From NCBI RefSeq assembly GCF_032191835.1, contig NC_083227.1, positions 41,540,001 to 41,604,000 on the forward strand: DNA of 64,000 nt, read 5' to 3'. The position numbers and the translations under genes were made by a program. This DNA is from Heteronotia binoei. Lineage: Eukaryota. The notes below the pieces were generated by a model, which had not been told where the DNA came from, made no database searches, and worked only from the letters and a program-made list of their open reading frames with translations. Shown here piece after piece: positions 48,826 through 62,599 of this stretch. Position 1 is the stretch's first letter; every line of letters begins with the position of its first letter.

Positions 48826-50534
48826 ACATACAGAGAAAGGGAAGATGAGAGATTCTATTTGGGAAGGCAGGGCCACTGGACTTCACACTTGAACTGAAAA
48901 GACAGGCTGATTGGGGTTTGTGTGTGTGGCTGCTGAGGTGAGAACCCAAAGCCCAGTTTCCATGGGTGTGTGCAGTAAGGGATGTGCCTTTTCTCTGCAA
49001 CTTTTGTCCTGAAGAGATCGCAGCCTTTGGCCTAAAGCTGTATGAGTTTGAGGCAAAATGTTTAGTGTGTCTTCACAGGGAAAAGGCTCATAAATACTCT
49101 TGAGTTCAAAATCATTGTTAGCATCACTATTGTGCATTTCAATGAACCAAAACTCTGACAAGCTTCTCACACATATGCACATGGCTGCCTTTATTACTGT
49201 CATTGTTGGGAATTCTTTGGTATAAAATAAGGTACATGGTTGCCTTTTTAATTATTATTATTATTGTCATTGTTGGGAATTCTTTTGTATCAAGTGTAAA
49301 GCTGGTCAATTTTTTTATTATTAACACTGAAGGATTTTTTTGTGGAATTTCCAAACTGTGAACAAAATAAATTTTTTTTTTAAAAAAAGATTGATTAAAT
49401 GCTGACATTGGCAACGTTGGGAAATTTTACAGTTTGTTGATGGTTTCCCTCCTTTTCCCCACTTCCAAGACACACAGTTGCCTTACATTGAATCAGATTG
49501 CTGGTCCATCAAAGTCAGTACTGTCTACTTAGACCAGCGGCAGCTCTCCAGGGTCCCAAGCAGAGATCTTTCACATCACCTGTTTTCTTGGAAATCCTAA
49601 AGGTTCCAATAGAGCTTACTCCCAAGCAAGTGTGCATAAAGTTGCAGGCTTCCATTCAGACAAAATTCATTTCAATGCAAGGATTTCTGACAACAGTTCA
49701 ACAAGAAGTCTCTGTAATCCCTCCAAAGCTTTGGAGAAAGGGATTAGCTTGGGAACAGTTGCTGACCCATAATGTGTCTGAGGATGCTAGTCTCCTGCAT
49801 CTTTAGGTAGAACTAAAAATATAAGCTCTACAAGGAGCTATGGCTGTGATCACACACACTAAATAATGCACTTTCAATCCACTTCCCAACTGTTACTGTG
49901 CAAACTGACAAAACTCAGTTGGAAAGTGCACTGAAAGTGGGTTGAAAGTGCATTATTTAGTATGTGTGATTGCAGCTTACTCCTTTCAGCTAACATTGTC
50001 CTTTGTTCCCACCAAGTCCTCCTGGGGAGGGATGATGACTCAGTGGTAGAGCATCTGCTTGGTAAGCAGAAGGTCCCAGGTTCAATCCCCGGCATCTCCA
50101 ACTAAAAAGGGTCCAGGCAAATAGGCATGAAAAAACTCAGCTTGAGACCCTGGAGAGGCACTGCCAGTCTGAGTAGACAATACTGACTTTGATGGACCAA
50201 GGGTCTGATTCAATATAAGGCAGCTTCATATATTCGTATATATCCTTCAATAAAGACTTTTCCCCATCAGAGGAACAATTTCTGCATCAGAAAAAGTCAT
50301 TCCCCCCATGACAGAAGAGTTAGCAGAAGATATGATCCAGTTTAGTAGAAAAAAGTGATAGGATGCGGTCCAAGATAATTTTTTTAAATCTACCTTAATC
50401 TGTACATAAATTCTGAACTCCAATTCTAGGTAGCTTTCAGAATTGCCATGTTTGATGTGCAGAAGGCTCACAGTCATAAAGATCGCTAAAGGGCTTGTTA
50501 TCATCTGAGACAAAACACCTGCAATACTCCAGTA

Positions 50535-50886
50535 CAGTGGCTCCCATCCTTTTTGGCACCAGGGACTGGTTTCATGAAGACAATTTTTCCACAGATCAGT
50601 GGGGTGGTAGTGCCGGGGTTTTTGCTGCCTCAGGCTGCCCCTCCACCCTGTCCCTGCCCCCCCATGTGGGTCTTTAAATGAGGGGTAGGTGAAGGTTGCT
50701 GCCCCACTGCCCCTTCCACTTGCCTGGGACCCAGGTGGGTGGAAAGGGTGACAGGGCTGCTCTGCCTCATTCCAAGTCTGCCTCCCCTGAAAGGGGTGGT
50801 GGGGCACCTCTGCCTCGCTCCATGGCCGGGTTGCTAACAGGCCACAGACTGGTACCAGTCTGTGGCCTGGGGGTTGGGGACCCCTG
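50535..50886. mobile_element. hAT-Charlie (MER1-like) MITE with 8-bp TSD
   Basis: Terminus ggttggggacccctg; flanks ctccagta / ctccagca. Confidence 0.8.
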
Positions 50887-52011
50887 CTCCAGCAAACGAA
50901 CTGCAGCATTTTAGTGGGTATGGAAGAAAGAGGAAATACAGCCTTTTCAGGGGCATGGAAAATAATTAATTATAACCGTACATGTGAACATGAAGGCACT
51001 TGCACATAAACCCACGTACCTTGTATAGCTATTATCACAGAGCTGTCAAAGAGTAGTGGTACCTTAGAAGATTTTTATTGCAGTATAGATCTCACTTTAT
51101 GAGCGGTATAGAGGCTGCATACATAAAAATGTCTCCTACAGATGCAACTTCCTGCATCTACTGAAGTGAGCTATGACTCACAAAAGCTTGTGCTGGAATA
51201 AATTTTGTTAGTCTTTAAGGTGTCACTGGATTGCTATTTAATTTAGCTTCAATAGTCTAATACAGCTACTCCTCTGAAATTATTATCATGTGAAGTAAAT
51301 GTTAGTGTAGGACCAAGACTAGAGAGACTGGAGTTTAAATCCTTGATCAGCTATAAAAATTGCTGGATGACTTTGGGCCAGTTAACTTCCTCTCAGTCCA
51401 GCCTTCCACACAGGGCTGTTGTAAGGGGGGGAAACAGGAGGGAGAACCATATCACCTGCCCTAAACCCTTTGAAAAGACAGCAGGATTAAAATCAAGGTG
51501 TCTCCCTTGCCAGGTAAGTATAGCAGGATTAAAATGTGATAGTTGCTTGTTAATGTGATACTATTAGTTATTATTACTGCTGTGATATGTCATAGCAACT
51601 GAATGCGAAAGATAAGTAGGCCAAGCAACATCCAGTATTTTAAATACAGCCTCCTGTGTTTAAAATACAGCCTCCTTTTCTTCTAGAGTCAGACTAAATG
51701 ACATTCTGGCATCTCGGCTGCTGGACTGAGAATATTGCACCCTCCTAGTTTTATTCTGCTTTGTTTCCCAAAAGTTACATGCTAGGCCCCTATGCAAATC
51801 CTTGCCTCCCACACCCGCCCCACCAGCGTGAACATGAAAGTTAAACTGAGTATCCTCCCCTGACTGGTTGTACTTGTGTTAACATGTTGTTTTTGTGGTA
51901 TCCCACACCCAGGTAGGCTGCTGGGATCTCTGCAATGTCGACATAGTCACACTTTTATGGAGGCGAGCTGCACGGAGGCCAGCTCCACGGTGCTGTTTGC
52001 TCGGAGCCGTC

Positions 52012-52196
52012 ATGGCCCCGTCCCTAGCCCTCACCAACTTTATTCTGTTCTTCATCGGAGCCGTGCTCCTCTATCAATACAGCAACACTTTTCGATATTA
52101 TTTTCGGGTTTGTTTTTTAATTGGCTGGATGCTGGGCATGTCCCTCCTCGTGCTTCCTGTTGTGGCTCTCCAAGGAAGAAATGTGGCAAATATGAG
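52012..52196 (+). CDS. AGPAT1: AGPAT1-like (1-acyl-sn-glycerol-3-phosphate acyltransferase) coding exon 1
   Basis: Kozak gccgtcATGG. MAPSL...GWMLGMSLLVLPVVALQGRNVANM resembles human AGPAT1 GWILFLAVLAIPVCAVRGRNVENM. Donor AG|gtaagt, phase 2. Confidence 0.88.
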
Positions 52197-53280
52197 GTAA
52201 GTAAACTGTTGCTCATATTTATTTATCACTGTGCCATGAAAAGCTTCAGCTCCAAGCATTAAGCCCCCGGCTGTTAAAGGGACAGGACATTTTCTCCAGG
52301 CCTCCTGGCCACTCTGCATGAATGCTGGGAACTCTAGCATGGTTAATAAGCAGACTTAAGGGAGCTAAAAGGCAAACAGTCCTTCTTTTCAAAGCGGCAA
52401 TCTTGCTCAAGTGAAGGGGGGAAAGGAACATAATTTTAGGGAAACTACCTCAAGCTGGAAAACATTTGTTCCATCAAATACTTCAAGCATCACTTTCTCT
52501 GGAAAAACGAGACCCAAAGCAGGATATAATAACTAAAACCAACCAAATTCCTAAGAATAAAATCATAGTACAAGAGAATAAAACTGGACAACAAGCCAGT
52601 ATCTAAAACATCAGCAGAGCACAGTATTATCATGAATACCCCCAAACCCTCCCTAAGAGTTTGCTGTTGCAGACTTTCTTTTTTTAAAATAGGCACATTT
52701 CTAACAGTGTCTGGAAAGGTGTTCCACTTAATAGGCCACCACAGAAGAGGCCTGAGAATCACACTAGGGTTGATTTTACTTCCCTCACAAGGAAGAGTTG
52801 CTGGAATTGGAGATGTCACATGGTTCATAGGGGGAGAGAGAGTCCTTAGAGTACACAGGTCCCAGCCAGGCTGTGAAGGGTTTCAAAGGTACAAAAACAA
52901 CAGCAGCATATTGAATTGTATTTGGAAAATATGCAGGAAACCACAGCAATTACTTTAAGGGGGGGTAATATATGTGAAGCAACAGTTAACTGAACTGCCA
53001 TAAAGCAATTGAAGTTCATATTTGTTTGTTTGTTTAAGATTTCTATCCTGCCGTTCTCAAAAACGGGTTCAGTAATGGCTCTTTGTGCTAGAAATATGTA
53101 TTTAAAAAGCAAAATAAATGCTAAGATTCCCAGGACTCTTGTGACTGCTGTCAAATTGTATCAATGGAGGATTTCACACACATGGACAGTACTGGATTAC
53201 CACCCTGCTTATATAATTCTTCCTGTTTCTCACCTGCATGGCCTATGTAAAACGTATCTGTTCTTGCCCCCTTATTTTAG

Positions 53281-53414
53281 AGTCCTCCGTTTCGTAATGT
53301 TGCCTTTGAAATACATTCTTGGCATTAGGATCAGCGTACAGGATGCTATGAACTTAAACCTGGAAGGGCCATATGTCATGGTTGCCAATCATCAGAGCAA
53401 CGTGGACTATCTTG
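53281..53414 (+). CDS. AGPAT1: AGPAT1-like exon 2, motif I (NHQSNVD)
   Basis: ttattttag|A ... CTT G|gtaggt, 134 nt; contains the HxxxxD catalytic motif. Confidence 0.92.
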
Positions 53415-55153
53415 GTAGGTTGGCACCACGATCAATCACTTTTTTTTTTTTAGTTAGCTAGCTGGCTTCTGCACCACCTTCCTTACCCAAAGATATCCAA
53501 GGCAGCTCACCAATATCTGTCTGTCTGTCTACTGGATATAAACAATAAGAAAATGTACTTGGTATAAGTACAACACAGCCAAGTTTCAAATTAATGTCAA
53601 AACAGTATAAGATAATTGAATGCCAAAGCCAGCATTATCTCATCAAAGAGTCATTTAATCATTCAAAGTTTTCTGTAAAAAAAAAGAAAATGTTTTCAGA
53701 TCCTTCTGTGAAGGCTATAGAGGATGTGGGGGAGTTCTTTAGATGGGCAGCAGCTGAAAAGACTTCCCATGGATCTCTGCTGGGCATGCATCAGATTGCA
53801 CAGCTACCCTCTGGAAGGCTTCACTTGATGACCTTATAGCCTTGATAGGCTGAAGTGGCAGAAAGCCATCCTTCGGGAAATTTGGACCAAACAGCTTTAA
53901 AAGTCAAAAACAACATCTTGAATTCGGCTTAGTAGCAGATGGGAAGCTAGTGCAGCTGACGTCAAAAAAACAGTGTCACATGTTCATTCCGGCAGGTTCC
54001 CATTGAATATTCCAAACCATCTTCAAGAGTAAAACCATGCTGCACATGTTGTCACCCCCCCCCCCCCCCGCATTCATATTGCTGGAAAGGCCCAGAAACT
54101 CCCTTGCTATAAGGCAGGTCTAGTTGACCCACCTCTAACAGCCTTGTATGGTCCAGACCACAGTCTGCTATCAGCAAAGCAATTGACCTACAGAGAAAAT
54201 AACCTGAAACTGATTTGAGGCCAGTAACACCTTAGAGACCAACAAGATTTTGAGGGTATCAGCTTTTGAGAGTCAAAGCTCCTTTCGTCAGACCTATAGA
54301 GAAAATAACCTGAGGCTGACTTGAGACAAATACCTGACAAAAGGAGCTTTGACTCTCAAAAACTTATCCCCCCGCCCCCCCCCCAATCCTTGGTCACTGG
54401 AGTGCTTCTGAACTCTAATCTAGTTTTTCTACTCTGGACTAACATGACTATGCTTCTGAAACTAACCTGAGATTGACACTGGTGAACATGAGTGGGTACA
54501 ATCAAATAGGGAGTGCCAGTATCATGATTAATGGCAGTTCAGGTGTACCATCGTAAAGCATCAGTTTTAGACATTAGTAGACAAAGAACTTGTTTATTTT
54601 GTAATCCATCCTAAATGTGGTAATTAGATCCTGAGCAAAGCCAAAACATCATCTAAAGAGAAATTTAGCTGCCCCTGTCATCACTATTATCACCCAAGAA
54701 CTCCCCCGGATTTACTTCTTGTGGAAGGGAGTGGGGAAGAACCTTTCCTGACTTGAATAGTCCAGACAATGCAGTGCATAGCATTAACATAACAAGCATA
54801 GTGAATGTCCATCTAGTTCATGTTTCCTGCAATGGCCAGACATCTCCTGCTACCTGAGTGGGGTCTTGAACCCAGTTACCTTGGCCCAAATCTAATATGG
54901 TACAAACTGCATCTTAGGGTACACAATGGAGCAAACCATAGCTCCCCAACACTGGTCAGAAAAATGGCCTGAGAGACCCAATCCATCCCCCTACAGTAGT
55001 CCTTCCATCCCTGACTACTGCACTAAATGAGGACAACACTGGGAGCTCCAGGCACTATCTCATCTGGTTTGGTGCTGTCCTAAGGAAGGTGGTGGTGGTG
55101 GGGAGGTTACAACTGACCACACTTTCTGAATTGCTTCCTTATATCTAACCCAG

Positions 55154-55326
55154 GGTTGATTCAGATCTTGCCAGGGCGATCCACCCTCATTGTCACAAAA
55201 GACATCTTCTACATGCTGACGGTGGCAGTGGTCTGCTGGCTGAGCGGCTTCATTATCATTGACAACAAGGTAGCAGATACCACCCGCGCCATGACAGCAG
55301 TAGCAGAGACCATGATCCGGGACAAT
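55154..55326 (+). CDS. AGPAT1: AGPAT1-like exon 3, divergent motif II
   Basis: aacccag|GG ... AAT|gtgagt, 173 nt. GLIQILPGRSTLIV...CWLSGFIIIDNK aligns with GMMEVLPGRCVPIA...CWLAGVIFIDRK. Confidence 0.88.
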
Positions 55327-56184
55327 GTGAGTAAAGAACCGTGTGCCTACAGCGCAGCTACCACCTGCCAAATCAGAGTCTCTGCCTCCCTGCACATAGA
55401 CCAAAACAGGATCAGGAGTTGGGCTCACCAACACTCACGTTGGTACCCCCAAACTAAATACCAACCCCATCCACATATTATTTAAAACTCATATCTATGG
55501 ATTCTTGAAGGATGTTCTTGGAGCTCTATTTAACGTTGCAATGCTGACAGCAGGACAAGAGTCTCCTTAGAGAAATCAGTAAGTGGATGAGCTAGTGGCA
55601 ATCAGTCATGTGGATCATGTGTTTGTAATTACCTTATGTACATCCTTATCCAGGTCTTTTTGTCAAAACTCCAATGGGCATAGCAACATGATTGCATTTA
55701 GGGTTGCCAACCTCCAGGTAGCACCTGGAGACCCCCCACTATTACAGTTGATCTCCAGATGACCAAGATTAGTTCCTTTGCAGAAAATGGCTGCTTGGGA
55801 GGGTGGTTATATGACATTATACCCTGCTAAGGTTCCTGTTCTCCTCAGGCCGCACCTTCCCCAGGGAACACCCCCAATTCTCCAGAAATGTCCAGAGACT
55901 CTAGGTTGTGTGTGTGTGTGAAAGAGAGAGGGGGGGAGAGGGAGGGAGAGAGAGAGAATGAGAACCTTACTAATCCCCCAACAATTGCATTACATTTCCA
56001 TAAAATTCTGCCAAACTAAGTATCATAATGGCTCAGGAGAGCAGCGTCCCTGGTTGTCAGTCTCTGGTGAACATAGTGCTACAGGAAAACCAACAGCCAT
56101 CAAAACATCATTCAAAACACCCTGCAACACTGTACTGTTGATCTCTACTTGTCATTTCTGTTTTCTCTTTCCCTTCTCCTCCAG

Positions 56185-56280
56185 CTGCGGATCTGGGTGT
56201 TTCCTGAAGGCACCAAAAACTACTACACCACCATGCTGCCATTCCAACATGGGGCTTTCTATCTGGCTGTGAAAGCTCAG
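56185..56280 (+). CDS. AGPAT1: AGPAT1-like exon 4, motif III (WVFPEGTK)
   Basis: cttctcctccag|CTG ... CAG|gtgaga, 96 nt. Confidence 0.93.
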
Positions 56281-58840
56281 GTGAGATCCTCTACCTCGCA
56301 GTCATATGTGTGTGTGTGTGTGTGTCAGGGATGCCAGCCTCCACGTGGAACCTGAGGACCCCCTAGAATCACAGCTCATCTCGAAACTACAGGGAACAGT
56401 TCCCCTGAAGAAAATGGATGCTTTGGAGGGTGGCCCTTGGCACTGTACCCCACTGAGGTATCTGTCTCCCACAGACTCCATCCTCAAATCTCCAGGAGCT
56501 TCCCAATCTGGATCTGGCAACTCTACCCCGCCCCCATCCCCTGTCAGGCGGACCTGGCAACCCTAGTTGTGTGAAGTACCATTAAGCCACAACTGATTTA
56601 TGGTGACCCCTTCATAGGGTTTTCAAGGAAAGAGACTTCAGGGGTGAACTGCAGTTGCTGTCTCTGGGTCGTGACCCAGTACTTCCTTGGTGGTCTCCCA
56701 TCCAAATACAAACCAGGCCCTACCCTGATTAGTTTCTGAGATCTGACAAGATCAAGTTAGCCTAGGCCAGGGCTGTCAAACTCATTTGTCACGAAGGCTG
56801 GATTTGACATAAATGTCACTTTGTTCAGCCAGGCCATGTGTGCCATAAAATGTAACATGAGATACCAGATACATAAACTTTGTAAAGATGATTTCAGATG
56901 CTGAATGGCAATAGCAGGCTTGCAGAAGGGTGAAAGGCATGGAGATGTCAGTATTGGTAATGTGACAGGAAACGTAGGTCTCAGTTTTGTACAGGAGGAT
57001 GCAAGGAAGAAACAGAAATGTCAGAAGAAGTGAGGAGTGACTCACAAAAGAACATACCCTACCACAAATTCTGTTAGTATTTAAGGTGCTACTTGACCTT
57101 TGCTCTTTTCTACTGCTGTTAGGCAACACGTCATTGAAAAAACAGTGGGGGAACATTTTAACTTTCCAGGACATTCAGTTGCTGACCTAAGAGCAGCAGT
57201 CTCTTATAAAGGGATTTCAGAGGGAAACTAGAAACACTGCTGAATTGCAACTGATAATGAAGCTCAAGGCAAAGCATCCTCCTGGACTGAAATGAAACTT
57301 AGGCTTCTTCTCTCATTACCAATGCCTACTATTGTAATTTGGCATCCGAAATCACTTCACTCTCCACAATATAAGGATCGATGGACTCACATTCTAATCT
57401 AGCTACATCTGAAGAAGTGAACAGTGGCTCATGAAAACTCCTGCCCTGCCACAAATTTTGTTAGTTGTTAAGGTGCTGCTGGACTCTTGTTTTCTTCCTC
57501 TAATAAAGAATGCAAACTGTGCTGTTAGGTTTCTTCCCCCCCCCCTCCATCTGTAAGAAATGGCTTGCTCTTTCCCTCCCCGCTTCCTCTCTCTCTCTTT
57601 CCCTCTCTGAAGTGTGCAGGCACACAAAACCTATACCAGGAATAAAACATTGTTGGTCTTAAACACTGAACTCCATTCCTCTTTCTCTCTGAAGAAGTGT
57701 GCAGGCATACAAAAGCTTGTACCCGGAATAAAACGTTGCTGGTCTGCTGTCAAGAGATGCCATTTTCCTCTCTCTCTCTCTGGCTCTTTTCGTCGTCCTT
57801 CTCCCCCAGAAAAAGAGGATGTGGAGGAACCCTCAGCCAACTGAGGGAGGGCTTTCTGTCGCTCCTCTGTGAAGCAGGAAATAAGAGAAACTATGTAAAA
57901 GAGCTGCAATGCAAGAAACAGGATAGCGGAAGCAGCAGAGGGACAGTTCCTTGGTGGGATATGGCCCGTGGACCATATATTTGACACCCTTGGTCTAGGC
58001 CATCCAGATCAGGGCAGTCTTCCATATTAGCTATTTATTCATATTGATAACAATGTACCTGAGCTCTTCAAGGCTGCCTCTCACCACAGTTGCTTTCATT
58101 AGTTAAATTTTAACCATGTCTCCAGACTGGGCATTTGAACAGATTCATGCTGCCACGCCTGCTGATCCATACCCATTGCTGGCAGTGACATATAAAAGCA
58201 ATGCACTGGCCAGCTGGGTTGATTTATTCTTTTTTAGGGCCCTCTACCAAGAGCTTTTTTATTTATTTAAGCAATCTAAAGGAGGCCATCATTGCACTCC
58301 TCTTTTAGGGAGAACAAATCCATATCTAGCTAGTCTCAATAACTATAAGCCTGTATCCTCTAAAATATAACGGAGTGCCCAGCAGACATTTTCCTTTCCC
58401 CTCGCTTTCTGATTATCCTGAAGCAGGGAAAGGGCCTCCCAACTGGGGGATCCTGTCCCTAAATGGGGATTGGCAACCTACTTCCGCATTAAACCCATTT
58501 GTGTCCTTCCCTATAGGCATTGTTTCATGTTTGCCTTCAAAAACTGAGATCTCCCTAAGTCCTGCTATTGTTTTAATCTACTGTTGTATTGCTGCTATCA
58601 TGTTCATTAATATTTCAGTATCTTATTGGTATTTCAATTGTTTTACATTTGTTATACATGGTTTTGAAAGCATGGTTTAGAATCTCAGTAAACAAAGAAG
58701 TCACCTAAAACCATACAAAATGAGATAGAATAAAACAACAGGCAAAAAATACCCCTACAACATCAGCAATCAGAATAAGGCCACTCAATGATCAATAGAA
58801 ATTTGATAAAGAGTTGTAACTGTGTGGCTTTGCACAGCAG

Positions 58841-58913
58841 GTCCCAATCATTCCTGTGGTGATGTCCTCATACCGACCTTTCTTCAACAAGAAGATCCAA
58901 AAATTCATTCCAG
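58841..58913 (+). CDS. AGPAT1: AGPAT1-like exon 5, motif IV (VPIIPVVMSSY)
   Basis: gcacagcag|GTC ... CCA G|gtaagt, 73 nt. Confidence 0.92.
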
Positions 58914-59791
58914 GTAAGTGGTAAGAGTGGAATGGAATGGAAATGGGTTTGTGAGGTGCTGACTTGGATTGTGAAATACAGGCATCCCAGTGCATTGCAT
59001 CTCAGCATGCAGTAAGCAATCCTGCTTCTCCACCTGTTCCTCAGGTTGCTTGCCTCATCTCCTGAAGCAGATTTCCCCCCCTAATCTCAGAAGCTCGTAG
59101 AAAAGCAAGGAGGAAGCATGAGAACATGAGCCTGGCCCTTGCTGGATCAGGCCATCAGTCTATTTAGTCCTACATCTAGTTTCCCACAAGGTTCATTGAG
59201 CAGCTGGCCAACAAGCAGGGGCACAAAGGCCAAAGCCTTTCTCTATTGTTACCCCCAGTAACTGGCATTTACAGGTACACTCCCTCTGAATATGAAGGCT
59301 CCATTTAGTCTTCATGGCTAATGGACATTGATTGACCTATCCTCTATTTATTTAAACTTGTTTCAATTTAAAAAAAAACAGAAGAGCAGGATTGCCAACT
59401 CTGTGTTGGAGAATACCTGCAGACTTTGAGGAAGGTGCCTGGAGAGGGTGGGGGTTGGGGAGAGGAGGGACTTCAGCAGGGAAGATGAAGAGTATTGGAA
59501 ACCTGCCCTAGGTATAGGAAATTATTAGCTACTGCCCTTCAGTCCCTTTCACTGGAAATGTCTTACTGCAGCTAGTACTGTGGTTCTGCTCCAAAGCTGT
59601 GGCCCCTCTAAGATAGTGGGATAGGGAAGAATCAGACTCTTCCAACTTGGCAGGGACAGTCTATTGTTCTTGCAAAATGGACATTTCAGTTTTAACTGTA
59701 TTTCAGGTATGTTAGCCATTGAGTATAGGAAACAGGTTTCACATCTGGTTCTATATAGCAGTTCCTTTGTTCCTGGGTTCTTCTTCTACAG

Positions 59792-59934
59792 GGCAAGTGA
59801 CAATCCGGGTCCTCCCACCAATGAAGACAGAAGGGCTTGTTTCAGCTGATGTCCCAGAACTCACAGACCGTGTGCGGGAAGCCATGCTCTCCTCCTTCCA
59901 TGAGATATCAGAAGGCACAAGAGAGCATGAATAA
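59792..59934 (+). CDS. AGPAT1: AGPAT1-like last coding exon; total CDS 804 nt, 267 aa
   Basis: ttcttctacag|GG; QVTIRVLPPMKTEGLVSADVPELTDRVREAMLSSFHEIS; TAA at 59932-59934. All six exons join in frame. Confidence 0.92.
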
Positions 59935-62599
59935 ATCACCAAAGAAGCCATCTATTGCCAAGAAACTTAGAAACCATTCCTCCCCCCTCACCTTGACCCA
60001 TAAAATCATTTTCAACTATAAAAAAATGTAAATGTTTGCTCAGAAACCAGGGATTTAAAAAGTGTCTGTGTATGAACGTTTACTTGTCACAGCACAGTAA
60101 AAGAAGATGCCAGGAAAAGACAATTAGGACAAGAACAGGTTGCAGCTCAGTGGCAGAGCATCTGCTTGGCATGCAGAAAGTCCCAAGTTCAATCCCTGGC
60201 ATCTCTAGATACAAGGATCAAATACTAGGTGATGTGAAAGACTTCCACCTGAGACCCTGGACAGCCACAACCAGTCACTACTGACTTTGATCAAAGACCT
60301 GATTCAATATAAAGCTGTTTTGTGGGTCTGTTTGCCCACCTTAATGTTGTTCAAAAGCATAATAGACAATGGACAAAATTAATTAGCTTACATATTATAG
60401 TGAGAAAACTTTTTAAAAAAAAAGGATTCTAAAAGGATTTTTAAAAAGTCTTTAGCAGAGTGTTCCTGTTACCACAGTTTCTTTGTGCCACTCACTGTGT
60501 ATGAAATAAGCAGCATCTCTCTGGAGAACACACACATTGATTTGGATCCGTGAAAGGCTGGAGGGCAGGCCACTGCTACCACTGAGACTTCCTGCAGCCT
60601 TTGCTGTACAGGAAGGCAAGGCACCATTGTGAGGCAAGCACCTGTTGCCATAACAACCGACTCCAGCAAAGACTCGCCAGGGACAGCTTGGGCCTGGGCC
60701 AGAGGGATCCTGTTGGGAAGAAACCTTCACAACCAGATTGTGAAGCAAGACAGATGTCGCCTAGGCCATCCCTGACTGCTGGACCCAAGGCCCGTGTACC
60801 CTTAATTTTGCCCTAGAGAGCTCAGCCTTACCGGACTCAGGTAAACAAGGCTCAAGTAGAACCATCTCATTTAGTATCCCCCCCCCCTTTCCTATTGATC
60901 TCTTCCAGATCACACTGATGCATGTAGCATTAGCCCCTTCCCGCAGCTTATTTTGATCTATTAGTTCATATGGGTTGCAAGTTGCCTATGACTGTTCTGG
61001 GGAAGGGGTGTTCCATTTCCTTATAATTGGAAGAACTGTGCTACTGTCTGAAACCCTTTCTTATTTCTCTGTTCTCCTCCCCTGCCCCAGATAAGATGTG
61101 GGCCCATCCCAGGGACATCCAGAGCAAGGATACTATTGTAGCCAACATACTGTACAGAGATCATTGGCCTGATCCTGCAAGGCAGTTCTAGTGTTCTTGG
61201 CTAATATGCATGTACACATCTATGTGCACATGAATGCCACAGATCTTTAAATATTATGGCCTTTGGTGCAGGAATATCCACTTTCTTTGTTTGCAGTTTC
61301 TGGGGCCTTCTTTATATTCTTTTCTTTTAAAAAGTCTATTTCCTTTGTATTCTTGTATCTGCAGATGGATGCATGAAACAAATTGGGAGGGGTGAGCGGT
61401 AATAGGTAGTAAAGGCTGAGGGCCTAAATGTACACAATGTTGTTTTCATGTCCCTGCTTTGTCCAGTACTGTCAACTGGACATATACTGGGAGTTCCGTC
61501 CTTGGGATTTAATTACCAGGGGGGCAATTTGGATCAGAAACACTGTGTGTCAGGATGAGGGGGCTTAAGCCTACCCCTCAGTGCCATATTCCTGATAAAC
61601 TAGTCCAAGATGGCTACTGTTTGTCCTACTGGGGAGATATACGTGCACTGATGGGGTGCATATGAGTGTGATATGCAAGTTTCTCCTGTGGAGCAAACAG
61701 AGGCTTCCTGGGGCTACATCCCATCAGGAGACTGGTATGGGGAGGAGGCCCTCTCCCTGCACGCTACACTCCCAATCTTAATGGTACCATGAATGCCTAG
61801 GAATTATGTTCTGAGCACATCGTCATCTGGTCAACAGAACCAAGCAGACATGAGGACCATGTAATGTATACTCAGGCCCTCAGTAGTCTTGCATCCTGAT
61901 GCTATGCATATTTATTCCAAAATAAGATACACTGAATTCAGAGGGACTAAATATGCAATCATGTGCAGCACTGCTCCACTTTAAACCCACTAGGTTTAGG
62001 CTTGGAATTACTTGGTTATATAGATTGCACTGTAAGTGCTTCTTCTTGGAAGACAATGGTGGAATTTCTCATAAACGTCAGAAAGGTCTTGAGATGACAC
62101 AGATGCTGTTCTCCTCCAAGGCTCTAGTAGTTTTGTCCAACATGCACTTCCCATTTACTACTCCAGTCTTTTTTATTTAAAAAGAAAAGTAATCAAATTA
62201 GAGTATGTTACACTACCTAAATTAAATGAAGAACTATACACGAAATTAAAACATCTTTGGTTTAAGATTTTGGAGATAGCTCTATTAAGACAGGCAAATA
62301 ACCAGTAGCTCCGTTGTTGTTTTTTAAAGATCAAGCTGAATAATGTATTTGTGAGGTTTCACTTAAATAAGGAAAGAGTGTTTCTAGTCTTCACTGATAT
62401 GAAGGTATGCTTCTTTTTGGTCTGACATATTATGCTGCTCAACACATGGCAATGTGTCCCTTCTTTATGGTAGACAGATATTGCTAGGCATACACACAAA
62501 AAGCCAGCAGAGGGTACAGAGAAAGCTTTATTCAGAGGGTTTCAGTACAAAGGAAGGCAGGGCAAACTTTCTTTGTTCAGGCACAAACTTATATCTTGG

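Noticed and set aside
51935-52011. Upstream ATGs (51935 short uORF; 51957 out-of-frame overlapping ORF) before the AGPAT start
   Set aside because: The transcript 5' end is unknown, so I cannot tell whether they are in the mRNA.
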